The notes under the pieces: model-generated
What the model was told of the DNA's origin: nothing
Databases searched by the model: none
Seen by the model: the letters and a program-made list of their open reading frames with translations, nothing else
Program-made: the position numbers and the translations under genes
Origin: the human T2T-CHM13v2.0 reference genome, Homo sapiens
Assembly: GCF_009914755.1 (NCBI RefSeq)
Contig: NC_060926.1
Length of the DNA stretch: 64,000 bases
Direction: 5' to 3' (one strand)
Shown: positions 33,030 through 46,849 of the stretch, piece by piece
Position numbering within the stretch: position 1 is the first letter of the stretch
Layout of the letters: each line of letters begins with the position of its first letter

Positions 33030-35459
33030 GATCCCACAAAGCAATTACATTATAATGGATCTGAATGGATATACTATCAGTCCTAAGAGCCATAAAGGCA
33101 GAAAGCAGATTTTCACTATGACCCAAGGAATTTATCTTATTATCATTATTTTATTTTTAAAAATAGGTGTGTAGATTAGACTCATGTTCTCTGCTTGGAT
33201 TTAAATCATGAAAAGTTTTAATAAAGTCAACCTTCAAGATGCTACATCAATTTCAGTTAGCTGAAGAAGACAAAAAAAAAAGGAATGAGTGCTGTTTATA
33301 AATATTGGCAAATTAATATATATTAATGCTATTTTTTCAAGACTTTGATTTGATATTGTGATAACCCATTTGTTGTTAAATATGTGAACATGTTCATATT
33401 CTTTATTAATATAAATAATTATTTTTATAGCCTGGATGGTTTTATTAGTAAACCTACTCCCAGTCCCTGGAAAGGCAAAGGAAGACATTATTATTAAATA
33501 AACACTTTTAAAATTCAAATATCTGCCCTCATGCCCTCTACTTCTTTAGCATGAAAACTGTTCTATTTGTGGAAGTGTAGACAGGACCAATAAAATACAA
33601 TTTTCTGGGCCTACTTCTCCTATTAAACAATAATTCCTCAGAGGTGAGAGATTTCAGAATGAGAAACTAAGGTGATTATCTATGTTTTGTTTTAATTTTT
33701 GGTAGAAGCATAAGAAATACATAAATGACTTTTGACTCTTCTCTCCTTTAATAAAGTGATGAATTCAAACTGTTCATCTAATAGGTCATCTAAGGAAATG
33801 CACATTGAGTTCAACTTGTATGTGGATGAAGAAAAACATATGGACATCCCTAGCCCACACACACAAAATGCACAGACACAAACACAAGATTTAAGTCAAC
33901 TGAAAACACTGTAAAGTCAAAAATGAAGAAGAATATGTTTTAACAAATGTTTTTTATCAGATACAGGTTACAGCTGCAAGAACTATAAATGTTTAGCTGG
34001 TCAATTTAATAAGAATAATCGTTCTACAATAGACTTCTTTTTACTATTAAAATTTTATCTTTTTTTTAAACATTGTACCATTAACATCTCTGCATGTGAT
34101 AATCTAACCGCAGGTTTTCAAAAATAAAAATTTCTATTTACTCAAAAGCGAAATTTACTTTGGAAATAAATAACAATATAAACACCTCACAGTCAATTTA
34201 ATCTATACAAAAGATAGAAATTTGTAAGATATTACTATGACTTTAGCCACTAATATATGTTACATTTATGTCCTGCTTTAAATCTTCAATCAGTCTTTTC
34301 CATCTGTCAAAATTTTATAGCTACTGCAAGATAAAGACTCTGTTGCTATGGTAATTATTCCATTACCTAGGTGACAGTGTTCGAATGATGTCCTTACTAA
34401 AGTGATCTAACTCATGAAACATTTTTAGTTTTTGTTATGGATAGGCAGAGAGAAAACTGATTAGTGATACAAATTCAAGAAGGCTAGAAGAATGCCACTT
34501 TTCTCAATACATTGGGTACTCACAAATGAGAATTAGAAGGTAAATGCTGAAATGCATTTCCCCAATTATCTCTGCTTACAGTTGGGTCAATATCTTCATC
34601 AGCATTTCACAAAACTGAAAGAAGAGGAAGAAAGATTGCATGTGCAAGGAAAAATAAAAAGATAGCAACGTGTTCTACTGGAAGAATGGTAGAAAAGATG
34701 TCCTATTTAAAATTTTTTTTCCCCTACCTCTTCAGTTGAATCTCATGTGTGCAGTTATAAAAAAAATGCACTTTTATTTTTGTACCATGATCTAATTCTT
34801 AAACAGAGAGCTGTATACAAAGAGATATAGAGAAGAACATAGAGGAGGAGGGGGAAATAGGAAATTAGGTAGAGAAAATAGCAGAAAAGATCAGAACAGG
34901 GTTATAGGTCACTGTTCAGAATATGATAAAAGAGGAATCAGAAAGCAAAAAGGAGGCAGCAAGAAGGGTGGATGACAGTTTCAAAAGTTTGTCAAACTTC
35001 AATGACTTGTTAGGAGGTGACTGCCCTGTGACCAGAACTGATTCTGTCTAATCCAAAGGACTTTTAGATGTTGTCAAACATATAGCATGACACTCTCCAA
35101 GCTTACCAAACAGGTAAGGTTGTACAAATTGTTCCCAAGAGACAGAACAACTGATCAGATGCTTTTGGAAATGTCCTTTGAGCTCAGAGGATTCTATAGC
35201 CAACCATGCTCTAATGGCTGCAGATGAATTACTGCCCACCAAAGGAAAGACATACCATTTCCTTTATGAAGAGAGTAAAGCATCTGTACAGAGATCCTCT
35301 TTCTCTTTTCTTGTGTCTTGGTGTTTTTTTCTACATATTGGCTTACCCTGTTCTCTCATACAATAAGTGTTGAATTATGAAGCTTGAAGAGAATGGAGAA
35401 ATCCTAGCTGTATATTCTATAGGTAAGGAAAAAGGTCCAGAGAGGTTCCTTGCCTTGTG

Positions 35460-35680
35460 GAATGATGACTATAGTTAATAAAACTGTATTGTGTACTTGA
35501 AATTTGCTAAGAAAGTAGACCTTAAGTGTTTTTAGCACAAAAAAGGGAAATATGTGAAGGGATGTTAATTCACTTGACTGTGATAATTATTTCACAAGGT
35601 AGATGCATATCAAATCATTATGTGTACACCTTAAATATATACAATTTTGTCAATTATACCTGAGTAAAAGTGGAAAAAAA
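35460..35680 (+). mobile_element. L1MA9/L1MB-type 3' end
   Basis: GACTATAGTTAATAAAACTGTATTGTGTACTTGAAATTTGCTAAG...GTACACCTTAAATATATACAATTTT...GGAAAAAAA. Confidence 0.8.
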
Positions 35681-37254
35681 CTCAGAGTTGTAAGACAAGC
35701 GTACACCATTTAGTCGTCTAATACCTATTAAAGGCTTGAATCCCTGCTAACACCTGCTAGCCTCTCTGTCTGACACTGCAGGGCACAGGAATTCATTACA
35801 GCGGGAAGCAGCACATTCCATTTTGGCCAAGTTGACACAATCCATCGAGGACAATGCAATTATATAAACCTATGAGGACTTAATGTGTTGGTCTCTCATG
35901 ATATTTAAATTTTATAACACAAACATGGAAAGAATATAGTTTTTCCCAAAAGCTCAAATGGCAGAACTCCAGGCACCAGGATACTTAGGCTGGTCATGGG
36001 ATGACAGGGGAAGAGGCATCTCTCCTAGAAACCACACAAATCACACTGCTGGGGGTCACTGCTCTCTTTATTTATGTCTATAGCTTGTTTGGCTTAATTG
36101 GGGAGGGTGTGCTTACACACTGTGCACACATTTATTTTCTGGAAACAGTATGAATCAGGCAGCATAGGAATGGATGATAGCCACAAGCTCAACCAGAGAA
36201 ACAACAGCTGCTAGGGCATCACCTCACTTTGTGAAAACTGGTAATGGACCCATTAATTGTAGTGTTTTAGGCAACTCCCAGAGCTAATATGAAAGCCATT
36301 CCCTGATTAATAATTAGCCTTTATTCAATTAAGAGCTTCATGCATCTTGTTCTTGGTATGTATTACACGACTTGACATTGCACTTAGGACACAGTTTTTA
36401 CAAGAAAATGTGGCATGGCAACAATATTACTTTACAAATGCACACTCATTTCAAATTCTAACAGGTTTTGTTCTTTCTCCAAGGGATTGGGGAAGAAATA
36501 GCAAAAGCTGGAATCTAAATGTCTAAAGCTCAAAGTAATATGTCAGATTGAACCACCAACATCATAAATCAAGTTCATTAACAGCGTCTGATAAAGCTTA
36601 TCTGCCTCACATCACCAGGGAGGCACTTGCTAGCAGGGCCTTTGTAGATAGAATTTTTTCAATAGATACCATCATTAGAACTCAGTAAAATAGCCATCCA
36701 TGGAACAGCTTGCAGCAGTTGCTTCTGTATCATAATTACAGAAATGATTACAGTAGCAAATATTAAAAATGGTGCAGTTATGCATAATTTCTACAACACC
36801 TAATTTACCAGCAGTAAAAACAGTAATATAAGCATTGCCCAGTGATGGGACAAAGCAATTTTCAGTCAAGATGTCTAAAAATAACATCAGTTTTCTTACA
36901 GCTGGATTCATTGTTAACATGGTTTGCTTAGTCTCTTGCTTGAGAGAGCTTAATCAAGACCTAGGTGACAACCGTATTAGCTAACATGTGATTCTAATGG
37001 ACTTTTAAGACAAAAATAATATGACTTCTGGAGTCCCTGAAAAACTACAGCTTTGTTAAAGGCCACCCACAGAAGATAATAGAGACTCATAAGGAAGGAA
37101 CCACTTCTTTCAGCCAGGGAACAAAATTATATATTTAAACTCGACATGATCTACTTCCTTGAAGCCCCCATTTCCCATCCTGGCACTTAATCTTTCTATC
37201 CACTCACCTATCTCCACTTGATATTCTACTACTTTGGATCCGTACCAATGCTAT

Positions 37255-37386
37255 TCTATTATAGTTTAAGCTCTTGGATGGAAGGGACTATAACTGATTC
37301 ATGCCCCTAATCTCTCTCTCCCCAGAGAATCCAGCACCATATTAAGCACAAAGTAAATGTTACACATGTTCGTCAAATTAAATTGA
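37255..37386 (+). mobile_element. L2 3' end
   Basis: TAAGCTCTTGGATGGAAGGGACT...CCAGCACCATATTAAGCACAAAGTAAATG. Confidence 0.6.
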
Positions 37387-37500
37387 CAACCCTGAGCTGT
37401 CAAGTTATACAACATAAGTTAAATGTTACTCAGAAATGTTAGAAAAAAACATAATATACAATATCTGTACCCAGATGAGCTTGAATTTGTTTGCTGAAAG

Positions 37501-37665
37501 CAATAGTTCTCAATCCTGGCTGTTCATTATATCATCTGTAAGGCTTTAAGAAAACCTAGTTGCAAGGTGCCACCTTACACCATTTAAGTCAGAATTTCTG
37601 AAACTGAGGCCTGGACATAGGGATTTTTAAAACTTCCTTGAGAGAACCAGGGTTGAGAATCACTG
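37501..37665. mobile_element. MER5A-type hAT-Charlie MITE
   Basis: Terminal inverted repeats CAATAGTTCTCAA / TTGAGAATCACTG; internal AAGTCAGAATTTCTG. Confidence 0.8.
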
Positions 37666-38059
37666 ACTTAAAGGGTATGAGTAAACATAGACTGGGAGTG
37701 TAAGCATGGAAAATAACTGATTCACTAGGAGTAAATAAATAGCTTCCTTTGCTCTGTGTCTTTGGCCATGTGCTAATTCTCTGGGCTTCATTTGGTCCCA
37801 CTATGAATTTAAGGGAGTTCATTACATATGCTGTAATTCATAATTATTTTTCAGAACAAAATTACATGAGTATATTGCAACACCAACACCAGAAACACCA
37901 GTTCAGTGCCTAGCTACTGGCTTAATAAGTCACAGTTCCCAGCAGTGGGAACCAGGAATTCATATTTCTGAAAAACTCCCCAAGCCACAAAATTGCTCTT
38001 TGGACAAAAATGACAAGAAATGATTACTTTTGTGGTGTAATCTAAGAACACAACATAAA

Positions 38060-38960
38060 AAATGGGAAAACAAAGTATTTCTAAAAAGCAGTATAGTCCA
38101 GATCTTGATTGCTAAATAACCATTCTCCAACAAGATTTTTCTTTGACGAACCAAGACTCTCTGGGGAAATGCTAATTCTATGATTGAGAAGGGTATTATA
38201 TAGGATAAACTTGGAGTACCTTGTGTGGCCAGAAAATGTTCAAAAATATAACTTAAGTGGGCATGCCAAAGGGAACAGGAGCCAGTCTGAAAGAATTTCC
38301 AGTGTCCAAATGTGGATCAGTCTGAGCAACATAATGAACAGCATAGTATTGGATGATAACTCCAAGTATAAAATAAATATTTTCTATAGATTGAATGTTT
38401 GCGTCCTTGTTCAAATTCCTATATTAAAACCTGCTACGCAGTGTCACAGTATTATTAGAGGTGGGGCCTTTGGAAGGTGATTAGGTGATGAGAGTGCAGC
38501 CCTCATAAATGAGGTTAGTGCCCTTCTTAAAAAAGACTCCAGAGAATGCTCTCACCCCTTTCAGCATGTGAGGACACAATAAAAAGGCAGCTGCCTTCTA
38601 TGAACCAGGACATGGGCCTTCACCAGGCGGCAAATCTGCAAGTGCCGTGACCTTGGACTTCCCAGGCTCCAAAACTGTGAGACACAAATGTTTGTTGTTT
38701 ATAAGCCGTCTAGTTTATGGTGTTTTGTTTTATCAGACCAAACACAGAAGACAATATTCATGGGTCCATAATAATATAAATGTTTGAGTAACTAAAGATG
38801 TGGGCAAAGGGACAAATCTCCCTTAGAGAAGAATTCCAAATAAATTATGTAGACATCTCTTCCTCTAAGAGGTGCAGCATCACTTCCATCACATTGGTTG
38901 TGGGCTGCATTTGGTAACTCCTCCCAAAGAAAGAGCAGGGAAAGAAAGAGCATGGAATGA
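38060..38960 (+). mobile_element. L1MC/L1MD 3'UTR fragment interrupted by MLT1A
   Basis: CCAGATCTTGATTGCTAAATAACCATTCTCC...GGAACAGGAGCCAGTCTGAAAG; resumes after the LTR with ATATTCATGGGTCCATA. Confidence 0.65.
38382..38753 (+). mobile_element. MLT1A0-like MaLR solo LTR
   Basis: GAGGTGGGGCCTTTGGAAGGTGATTAGG, CATGTGAGGACACA, CTTGGACTTCCCAG, TTTATAAGCC; 5-bp TSD ATATT at 38377-38381 and 38754-38758. Confidence 0.85.
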
Positions 38961-38962
38961 GT

Positions 38963-40576
38963 ATGGATGGGAAGAATCAATATCGTGAAAATGGCCATAC
39001 TGCCCAAAGTAATTTATACATTCAATGCTATCCCCATCAAGCTACCATTGACTTTCTTCATAGAATTAGAAAAAAACTACTTTTAAGTTAATATGGAACC
39101 AAAAAAAGAGCCACATAGCCAAGACAACCCTGAGCAAAAAGAACAAAGCTGGAGGCATCATAGTACCTGACTTCAAACTACACTATGAGGCTACAGTAAC
39201 CAAAACAGCATGGTACTGGTACCAAAACAGAGATATAGACTAATGGAACAGAATAGAGGCCTCAGATATAATGCCACACATCTACAACCAACTGGTCTTT
39301 GACAAACCTCACAAAAACAAGCAATGGGCAAAGGATTCCCTATTTAATAAATGGTGCTGGGAAAACTGGCTAGCCGTATGTAGAAAACTGAAACTGGACC
39401 CCTTCCTTATGCTGTATACAAAAATTAACTCAAAATGGATTAAAGGCTTAAATGTAAGACCTAAAACCATAAAAACCCTAGAAGAAAACCTAGGCAATAC
39501 CATTCGGCACGTAGGCATGGGCAAAGACTTCATGACTAAAACACCAAAAGCAATGGCACCAAAGCCAAAATTGACAAATAGGATCTAATTAAACTAAAGA
39601 GCTTCAGCACAGCAAAAGAAACTATCATAAGAGTGAACAGGCAACCAACAGAATGGGAGAAAATTTTTGCAATCTATCCATCGGACAAAGGGCTAATATC
39701 CAGAATCTACAAGAAACTTCAGCAAATTTACAAGAAAAAAACAAACAACCCATCCAAAAGTGGGTGAAGTATATGAACATACACTTCTCAAAAGAAGACA
39801 TTTATGCAGCCAACAAACATATGAATAAAAGCCCATCATCACTGGTCATCAGATACATGCAAATCAAAACCACAATGAGATACCATCTCATGCCAGTTAG
39901 AATGGCAATCATTAAAAAATTAGGAAACAACAGATGCTGGAGAGGATGTGGAGAAAGAGGAACACTTTGACATTGTGGTGGGAGTCTAAATTAGTTCACC
40001 AATTGTGGAAGACAATGTGGCAATTCCTCAAGGATCTAGAATCAGAAATACCATTTGACCCAGCAGTCCCATTACTGGGTATATACCCAATGAATTATAG
40101 ATCATTCTGCTATAAAGACACATGCACATGTATGTTTATTGGAGCACCGTTCACAATAGCAAAGACTTGGAACCAACCCAAATGTCCATCGATGACAGAC
40201 TGGATAAAAAAAATGTGGCACATATACACCATGGAATACTATGCAGCCATAAAAAAGGATGAGTTCATGTCCTTTGCAAGAACATGGATGAAGCCGGAAA
40301 CTATCATTCTCAGCATACTAACACAGGAACAGGAAATCAAACACTGCATGTTCTCACTCATATGTGGGAGTTGAACAATGAGAATATATGGACATAGGGA
40401 GAATACATGGACACACAGCACACACCAGGGCCTGTTGGGGAAATACCTAATGTAGATGACAGGTTGATGGGTGCAGAACCATCATGGCACTTGTATACCG
40501 ATGTAACAAACCTGCATGTTCTGCATATGTATCCCGGAATTTAAAGTATAATTAATAAAAAAAGAAATAAAAAAAG
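38963..40576 (+). mobile_element. 5'-truncated L1PA7-like LINE-1
   Basis: ORF2 3' part ([13 protein letters not shown] to ...FSLICGS*), 3'UTR ACACAGGAACAG...CCTAATGTAGATGACAGGTTGATGGGTGCAG...CTGCATGTTCTGCA, A tail. Confidence 0.88.
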
Positions 40577-40594
40577 TTTCTGAATATGCTGAGA

Positions 40595-41265
40595 GGAGGA
40601 TGAAAAAGAGGGGAGTAAGGTGGAGAGAAGGAAGACAACTTAACTGGCAGTTGCTATTATACGTGCAAGAAGAGATTAGGTTGTAAATAAAAGAATGGCA
40701 ACGGGTACAGAAAGTAAGGGAACCAAGCAAAGGTAAAACTTGGAGCACTTGGTGACTAGGAGGTGAGAACATAGCAGGTATCTAAGAAGATCCTAGGTTT
40801 CTGACTTGGACGGATGGTGCTATTTCAAAAGACAGGTGATAAAAGAAGAGGAGCAGGTTTGAGGAAGATGAGTTAGGTTTTAAATTCGTTTGGATCAAGC
40901 TCCTACTGGCATTCAAACAGAAAATGTATTTGGATACTTTCTAGCATTGGCCAAGGGGTACAATTAAAAATAACTCATTGAGATGGTATACATTTAGATA
41001 GTATCACCGAAAGTGAAAAGAAAGAAATACCTAAAGGTGGAATCTCAATGAACATCAACATTTAAACAAAGAGAAGAGAAAGAGGAACCCTAAATGATAA
41101 ATGAGAAGACATAAACAGAAAGTAAGAGCAGACCAGGAGAGTGTAACAGAATATTATCAGAAAAATAAATAGAAGAGCAATTCTGAAGATGAAAGATGTG
41201 TCTAATCAACAGTGTCAGAGTCCAGAGAGAGGTGAAGCAAGTTAGGATTAAAACTATTCCTCGCT
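40595..41265 (-). mobile_element. L2 fragment
   Basis: Purine-rich: CCTAGGTTTCTGACTTGG...GAAGAGGAGCAGGTTTGAGGAAGATGAGTT, AACATCAACATTTAA, GTCTAATCAACAGTGTCA. Confidence 0.75.
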
Positions 41266-43770
41266 GACATGATATTTTTAACTGTTTGCTTAGTTCATAT
41301 AAAAATCTTATATATTTCATATTCAAGTGTTGAGATTGGATTTAATTTGGCATGTATAATGGTTTTTAGGACAAAAGAGGAAATTGGTTTTATTACTTTT
41401 CTCAACTCAACATAATCTGGAAGATGCAGTCATCACAAATGCTTAGTACTCCAGTGTTGGTATGTGAGAAATCACATGATAATCCCAATTCCTGTTTCCT
41501 ATGTATTATGTATTAAAAAGGTCTCTGGAGATGCTGAGGAGAGAGGCCTTACATTATTCAAAATATTCTAACACTAGGATTTCCTCCCCTCCCCCTTTTT
41601 AATAACCACACTTCAGTTAGACGTGCAGTTAGGAAATCTGTATCCTAGACAAAGATGTAACTAACTAGCTGTGTATACTAGAGAAATTATTTATTTTCTT
41701 AGGACATTTTTGTTCATGTATATATATTCATTGAATTGAGTTATTGAAAATAAATGGATTGAGATAAATCATGGTCTGGAAGAACAAAGCCATGCTTCTA
41801 ATTGAACTGCTATACTAAACTTTCACCAAGTACACATATCCTTTCTTAGAGTTACTCTCGATGGAAATGGGCCCTTCCGCTGATCCCTTTCACACTGACC
41901 ATCCTGTAAGTGCTTGTTTCATCTTTGCTTCACTTTTCTTCTCGCTCTATGTGTTAGGTGTAACTCCTTCTTCCTCTTTAATTCCAAAATATACTTTACA
42001 AACCTCTATTACAGCATATACGATATTTACCCTAATTACAAGATGATGTGGTCATTGAGGCACTGACTTTAATTATATGTAAATGTGTATCCCAAACATA
42101 TAGCACATGTCTGATACAAACTGAAAACAAACTTACTGGTGTTTAGTGAATGTATAGGAATTATTCAGGCAAAGGAGTCAGATGTATCATGGTGTCTTTT
42201 GATAAGCTGGGAGGGAGATGCGTAGCTCAATTTGCCCCAAACACTGAATGAAACTGAAAGTCTATGGATCTGTCATTGTATAGAGAGTGGTGAGAGCTCA
42301 TGTGGCTCAGGACTTTATAAATGGTTCCCAAGGAAGCTTCTTTGGAAGTCCTATTTAATTAAGTGGTATGGTGGCATCACTGACAATGAGATACTGGAGG
42401 GCAGCCAGTCTACTCACTTTGAAGCAACACATATTGCAGCATAACTCTTCTGGGTAGGATATACTGGGATATGGATGATTATGGAATACCTAAACAACTG
42501 CAGGCTGATAGGCTCAAACACAGCAGGAGGGATGTTTATTAAGTGCCTGCTACAGCCCAATTACAAATAGGGCAGAACCACTGTGCACACAGAAAGGAAT
42601 TCTAGAAAGCTGACTTACCAAAGGAGACTTGGAAAGGCACTGGACAAAACCCAGTTCTCAAAATGAGATCTGTCAGGCTAAGCAAAGTCAGCCTTGCCAT
42701 GCATGTGATATTTTGAGATCACTCATATCCTGGTCAAGTCTATGGGACGTTAGCTTACATTTTCATGTACTGTTGTTTTCTTTTGTTTTCAGCCAACTTC
42801 GCTATAAGCTTTTTCAGGGAATACCATTTGTTAGACCTTTCAAAGAGTAAGTTAGGATATATGTTGTTTATCTGTGCAAGATGCCATTTGAAAAATAGTT
42901 TGGACATGGAGAAGATGAGATCATCACGCATATTTTGACAGTGTTTGAAGATACTACTGTTCTAAAAATCTGGTGGAGATGCACCTCTTTGTAACATAGC
43001 ATTATGTACTATTGTGCTTGTATCAAGCTGCTTAATAAATGTTTAAAGATGACAGTTTATTGATCTTTTTTACAACCAATCATATAAAGATAATAAACTT
43101 TATCTACAGCGTTATTTTCAAATAAACGATGGCATACTGAATAGATATGCGATACAGGATATAAAATACAAAATAGATGAAAAATAATTTATTAACTTCT
43201 AATATTGATTCTTTCATCAAATATAATTTTATTTGCTGATAAAATGAAATAATCTAACCTCATCTCTTCTCATAGCTAATTCTCATATATCTCAGGCATA
43301 CTTCAGCTTTAATTGAAAATCCATTTATAGGTAGCTAGTTCTTTGGATACTTGTAACTACATATCATAATCTTAGTTCCCACTTATTGGAGGATTTCTGG
43401 TTAATCAAAATATTAGTTAATCTTCCTTTTAGAAGGAATTTGTAATCATGATAAAGGAAAGTTTCTATACAAATCTTTAAAACCTGAATCACCAATCAAA
43501 TCATTTAACACAGCTTAAGCATCTAACATAGGCAAATTATAAGACTATCAGAACACATAGCCTCAACAATTAGGGAAGAGAATGTTGGCGAGATCAATAA
43601 CTATGATATAAGATATGATAAAATATATGTGATATGGGGTACAATGTTGTATTAATTAAGAAAATGCAGTCAAGTTGCAGTGATTATTGGAAACAGTGCA
43701 ATTAGAACTTAGGTAATATTATTGGTTTTGCAACCTTTTCCAAACCAATGCCAAGGTTCTGTGATAAAAC

Positions 43771-43832
43771 ACAAACAAAATATGAGGCTTATTTTCATCA
43801 TACAGACAAAATATGAGGCTTACTTTCATCTA
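43771..43832. repeat. 31-bp tandem duplication
   Basis: ACA(A/G)ACAAAATATGAGGCTTA(T/C)TTTCATC present twice. Confidence 0.9.
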
Positions 43833-44446
43833 TCTGAGATGAATTTATGTTATAAGGTCCAATCTAATAAATAGAATTTCTGTTAAATAGTCTTGATGCT
43901 CTAGAATCTCAAAATACTGTAGACAGGTGCCCTACTTAGAAATCAAAATTTATTGAGTATTACTTAGCCTGAGCATTACTCTAATTTCCAGCATATTAAC
44001 TCTGAACCTTGTCCCATATACGAGTAGTTCATAGGAAAAAATATATGAAGAAAATACCATTTAACACTGGAAGTAGCAAATATGTGAAACTTAGTAATTT
44101 ATGACTGGATATTAATGAAGAATATTAAAAGGGACTTAATCCAATTTACTAGAGCAGCATACTTAGACACATGGCAATAGAGTGAGATTGAGTTCAGGAA
44201 TCATTGCTTATCTTTATCTCCTATTTCTATGTATCTTAAACCAATACACTTGCCCTTTGATTCTAAGTTTCCATGGAAGTTTGGCACTACAAGTTAAACA
44301 GAGAACATTTGTTTTTTGTTATTTTCAAAGAATGGTGACAATTCTACCTCTTCCTAAGAGCTACTCAGCTGCAAAAAAATACTATTTCAGACCAAGGGAA
44401 TAATAATTACCATTTCTAATCTCTTGACAGCTCTGACTGTGACTAA

Positions 44447-44817
<371 letters not shown>

Positions 44818-44965
44818 GGTAGGAGGTTCTTATACCTGTCGGCACTCAGGTAGTGCTACATGACAACCCAAGATCTTGAAGTAATCTGTAAAATATATTT
44901 AATAAACCAGGTATTTTTCATTGTAACATAAAATACCCAGAAACTTCAAAAGGTCTTCGAATTAA

Positions 44966-45138
44966 GATAGTTTTCTAAGTGTGAATCCTTGACTGCCCAT
45001 CTCAGAATCATTTGGAGGACTTGCTAAAAATACTGATTTCTAGGTTCCACCTCATTTCTACTAACTCAGGTACTCTAAAGCTAGAGACTAGGAAACTGAC
45101 ATTTATTTTCTTCATATGCGTAAGTTTAAGAATTGCTT
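44966..45138. mobile_element. MER5-type hAT MITE (degenerate)
   Basis: CAGAATCATTTGGAGGACTTGCTAAAAATACTGATTTCTAGGTTCCACCTC...TAAGTTTAAGAATTGCT. Confidence 0.6.
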
Positions 45139-46186
45139 ATTTAAGTTGGGGATGTCCCAAGGAATAATGAAAAACACACATAAAGTAATTGAAAAATTCA
45201 CATAGTATGATAACTAAAGATCTCATTAGTTTTATGCCAATAACAGGCAGGTCACTCTTTTGAGTATCTGCTATATTTACAACATCTTTCATGTAGAAAT
45301 TACAGCCCACCTACATTACAGATAAAACAAATTGAAAAGGGAACCACAGAATAACTTATGTTTATGAAATAGAGGTTCTACCAGACTAAAGAAACATAGT
45401 AGAGAATTTCTACACACATAATTACTACATCAGAGCCTTGGAGCCTGTGCAGATGAAAAGAAAGTATAGCCATAATTTAACATTGCACACAAACTGCCTT
45501 CTGCGACAGCCAGAACTCACCCGCCAGGCCCCATCTCTCTCTCTCTCAGTATCTTACTTTTACATTCATTCTGAGGCCATTATCTCATAGAAGTGGCATA
45601 TGACTGTTACTTCCTAAGATTTTCTGGTTTATTCATAAAAAGTATGTGGAGCAATGTGTTGGAAAACTTACAGTGTTTACAAGCTACTTTTTAAAATTAA
45701 GAATTTCAAAGCATTTCAAACTATGTAGGAATAAATTTTCCTCACTATATTTTGAGAAGCAGGAAATGGGAACAGGTGAAAATCTCATCCTCTCATTACA
45801 TTTCAGCAAAGTCACACTAGGTAAAGGGTTTCCCAGACAATGGAAGCTTAATGAGAGCCTGTGCACATCAACGTGTCCTCAAATAAGATCTAAAAACAAG
45901 GTTATTTGATGCACTCAGTTGACTAAAGGATCAAAGATAATACATTCACCCTGAAGTTTCAAATAGAACTTGCATACATAAACAGATACTTTATTCTTTG
46001 TAAAAGAGTCAAGAGAAAAAGAAAAACAGCAACAACATAGAGCATGTGAAAAGTTTTATAATATAAAAATAAGAAAAGTTTTACAGGATAAGCATGCTAT
46101 AGAAAAGGTTCTACTATAAATAAACAAAAGACACTTTTAGACTGTATATGCTTTGTGCTCTCAACAAAATATAGAAAAGAATAACA

Positions 46187-46509
<323 letters not shown>

Positions 46510-46849
46510 CTAAAATAAGACACAACACTTAGATTAAAATGGAGCTCTCAGATATAAAATATGCAGGAAACAATAATAATGCAGGAAAGCCAAAAGCAGA
46601 AAGAATTAAAACTCTGTATTGGCTATATTAAGAGAAAATATCTTTATCAGAGTAAACTAAATCAATAAAGAAAAATCTAGTGATATCTAAGGAAATAAGG
46701 AAAAAATCTTCAGAAATGCATTTGTGGGATATAAACACACTCCCCTTAGTCTTTGAGATATCAATTACATCAAACATACATAAAGAAAAAGATTAATGGA
46801 AGGTATAATGTGAGGTATTTTACTTTGCAGAGTTATTTTTGACATGTCC

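Noticed and set aside
36675-36920. 81-aa minus-strand ORF within the enhancer-like block
   Set aside because: No recognisable protein similarity; the length is expected by chance.
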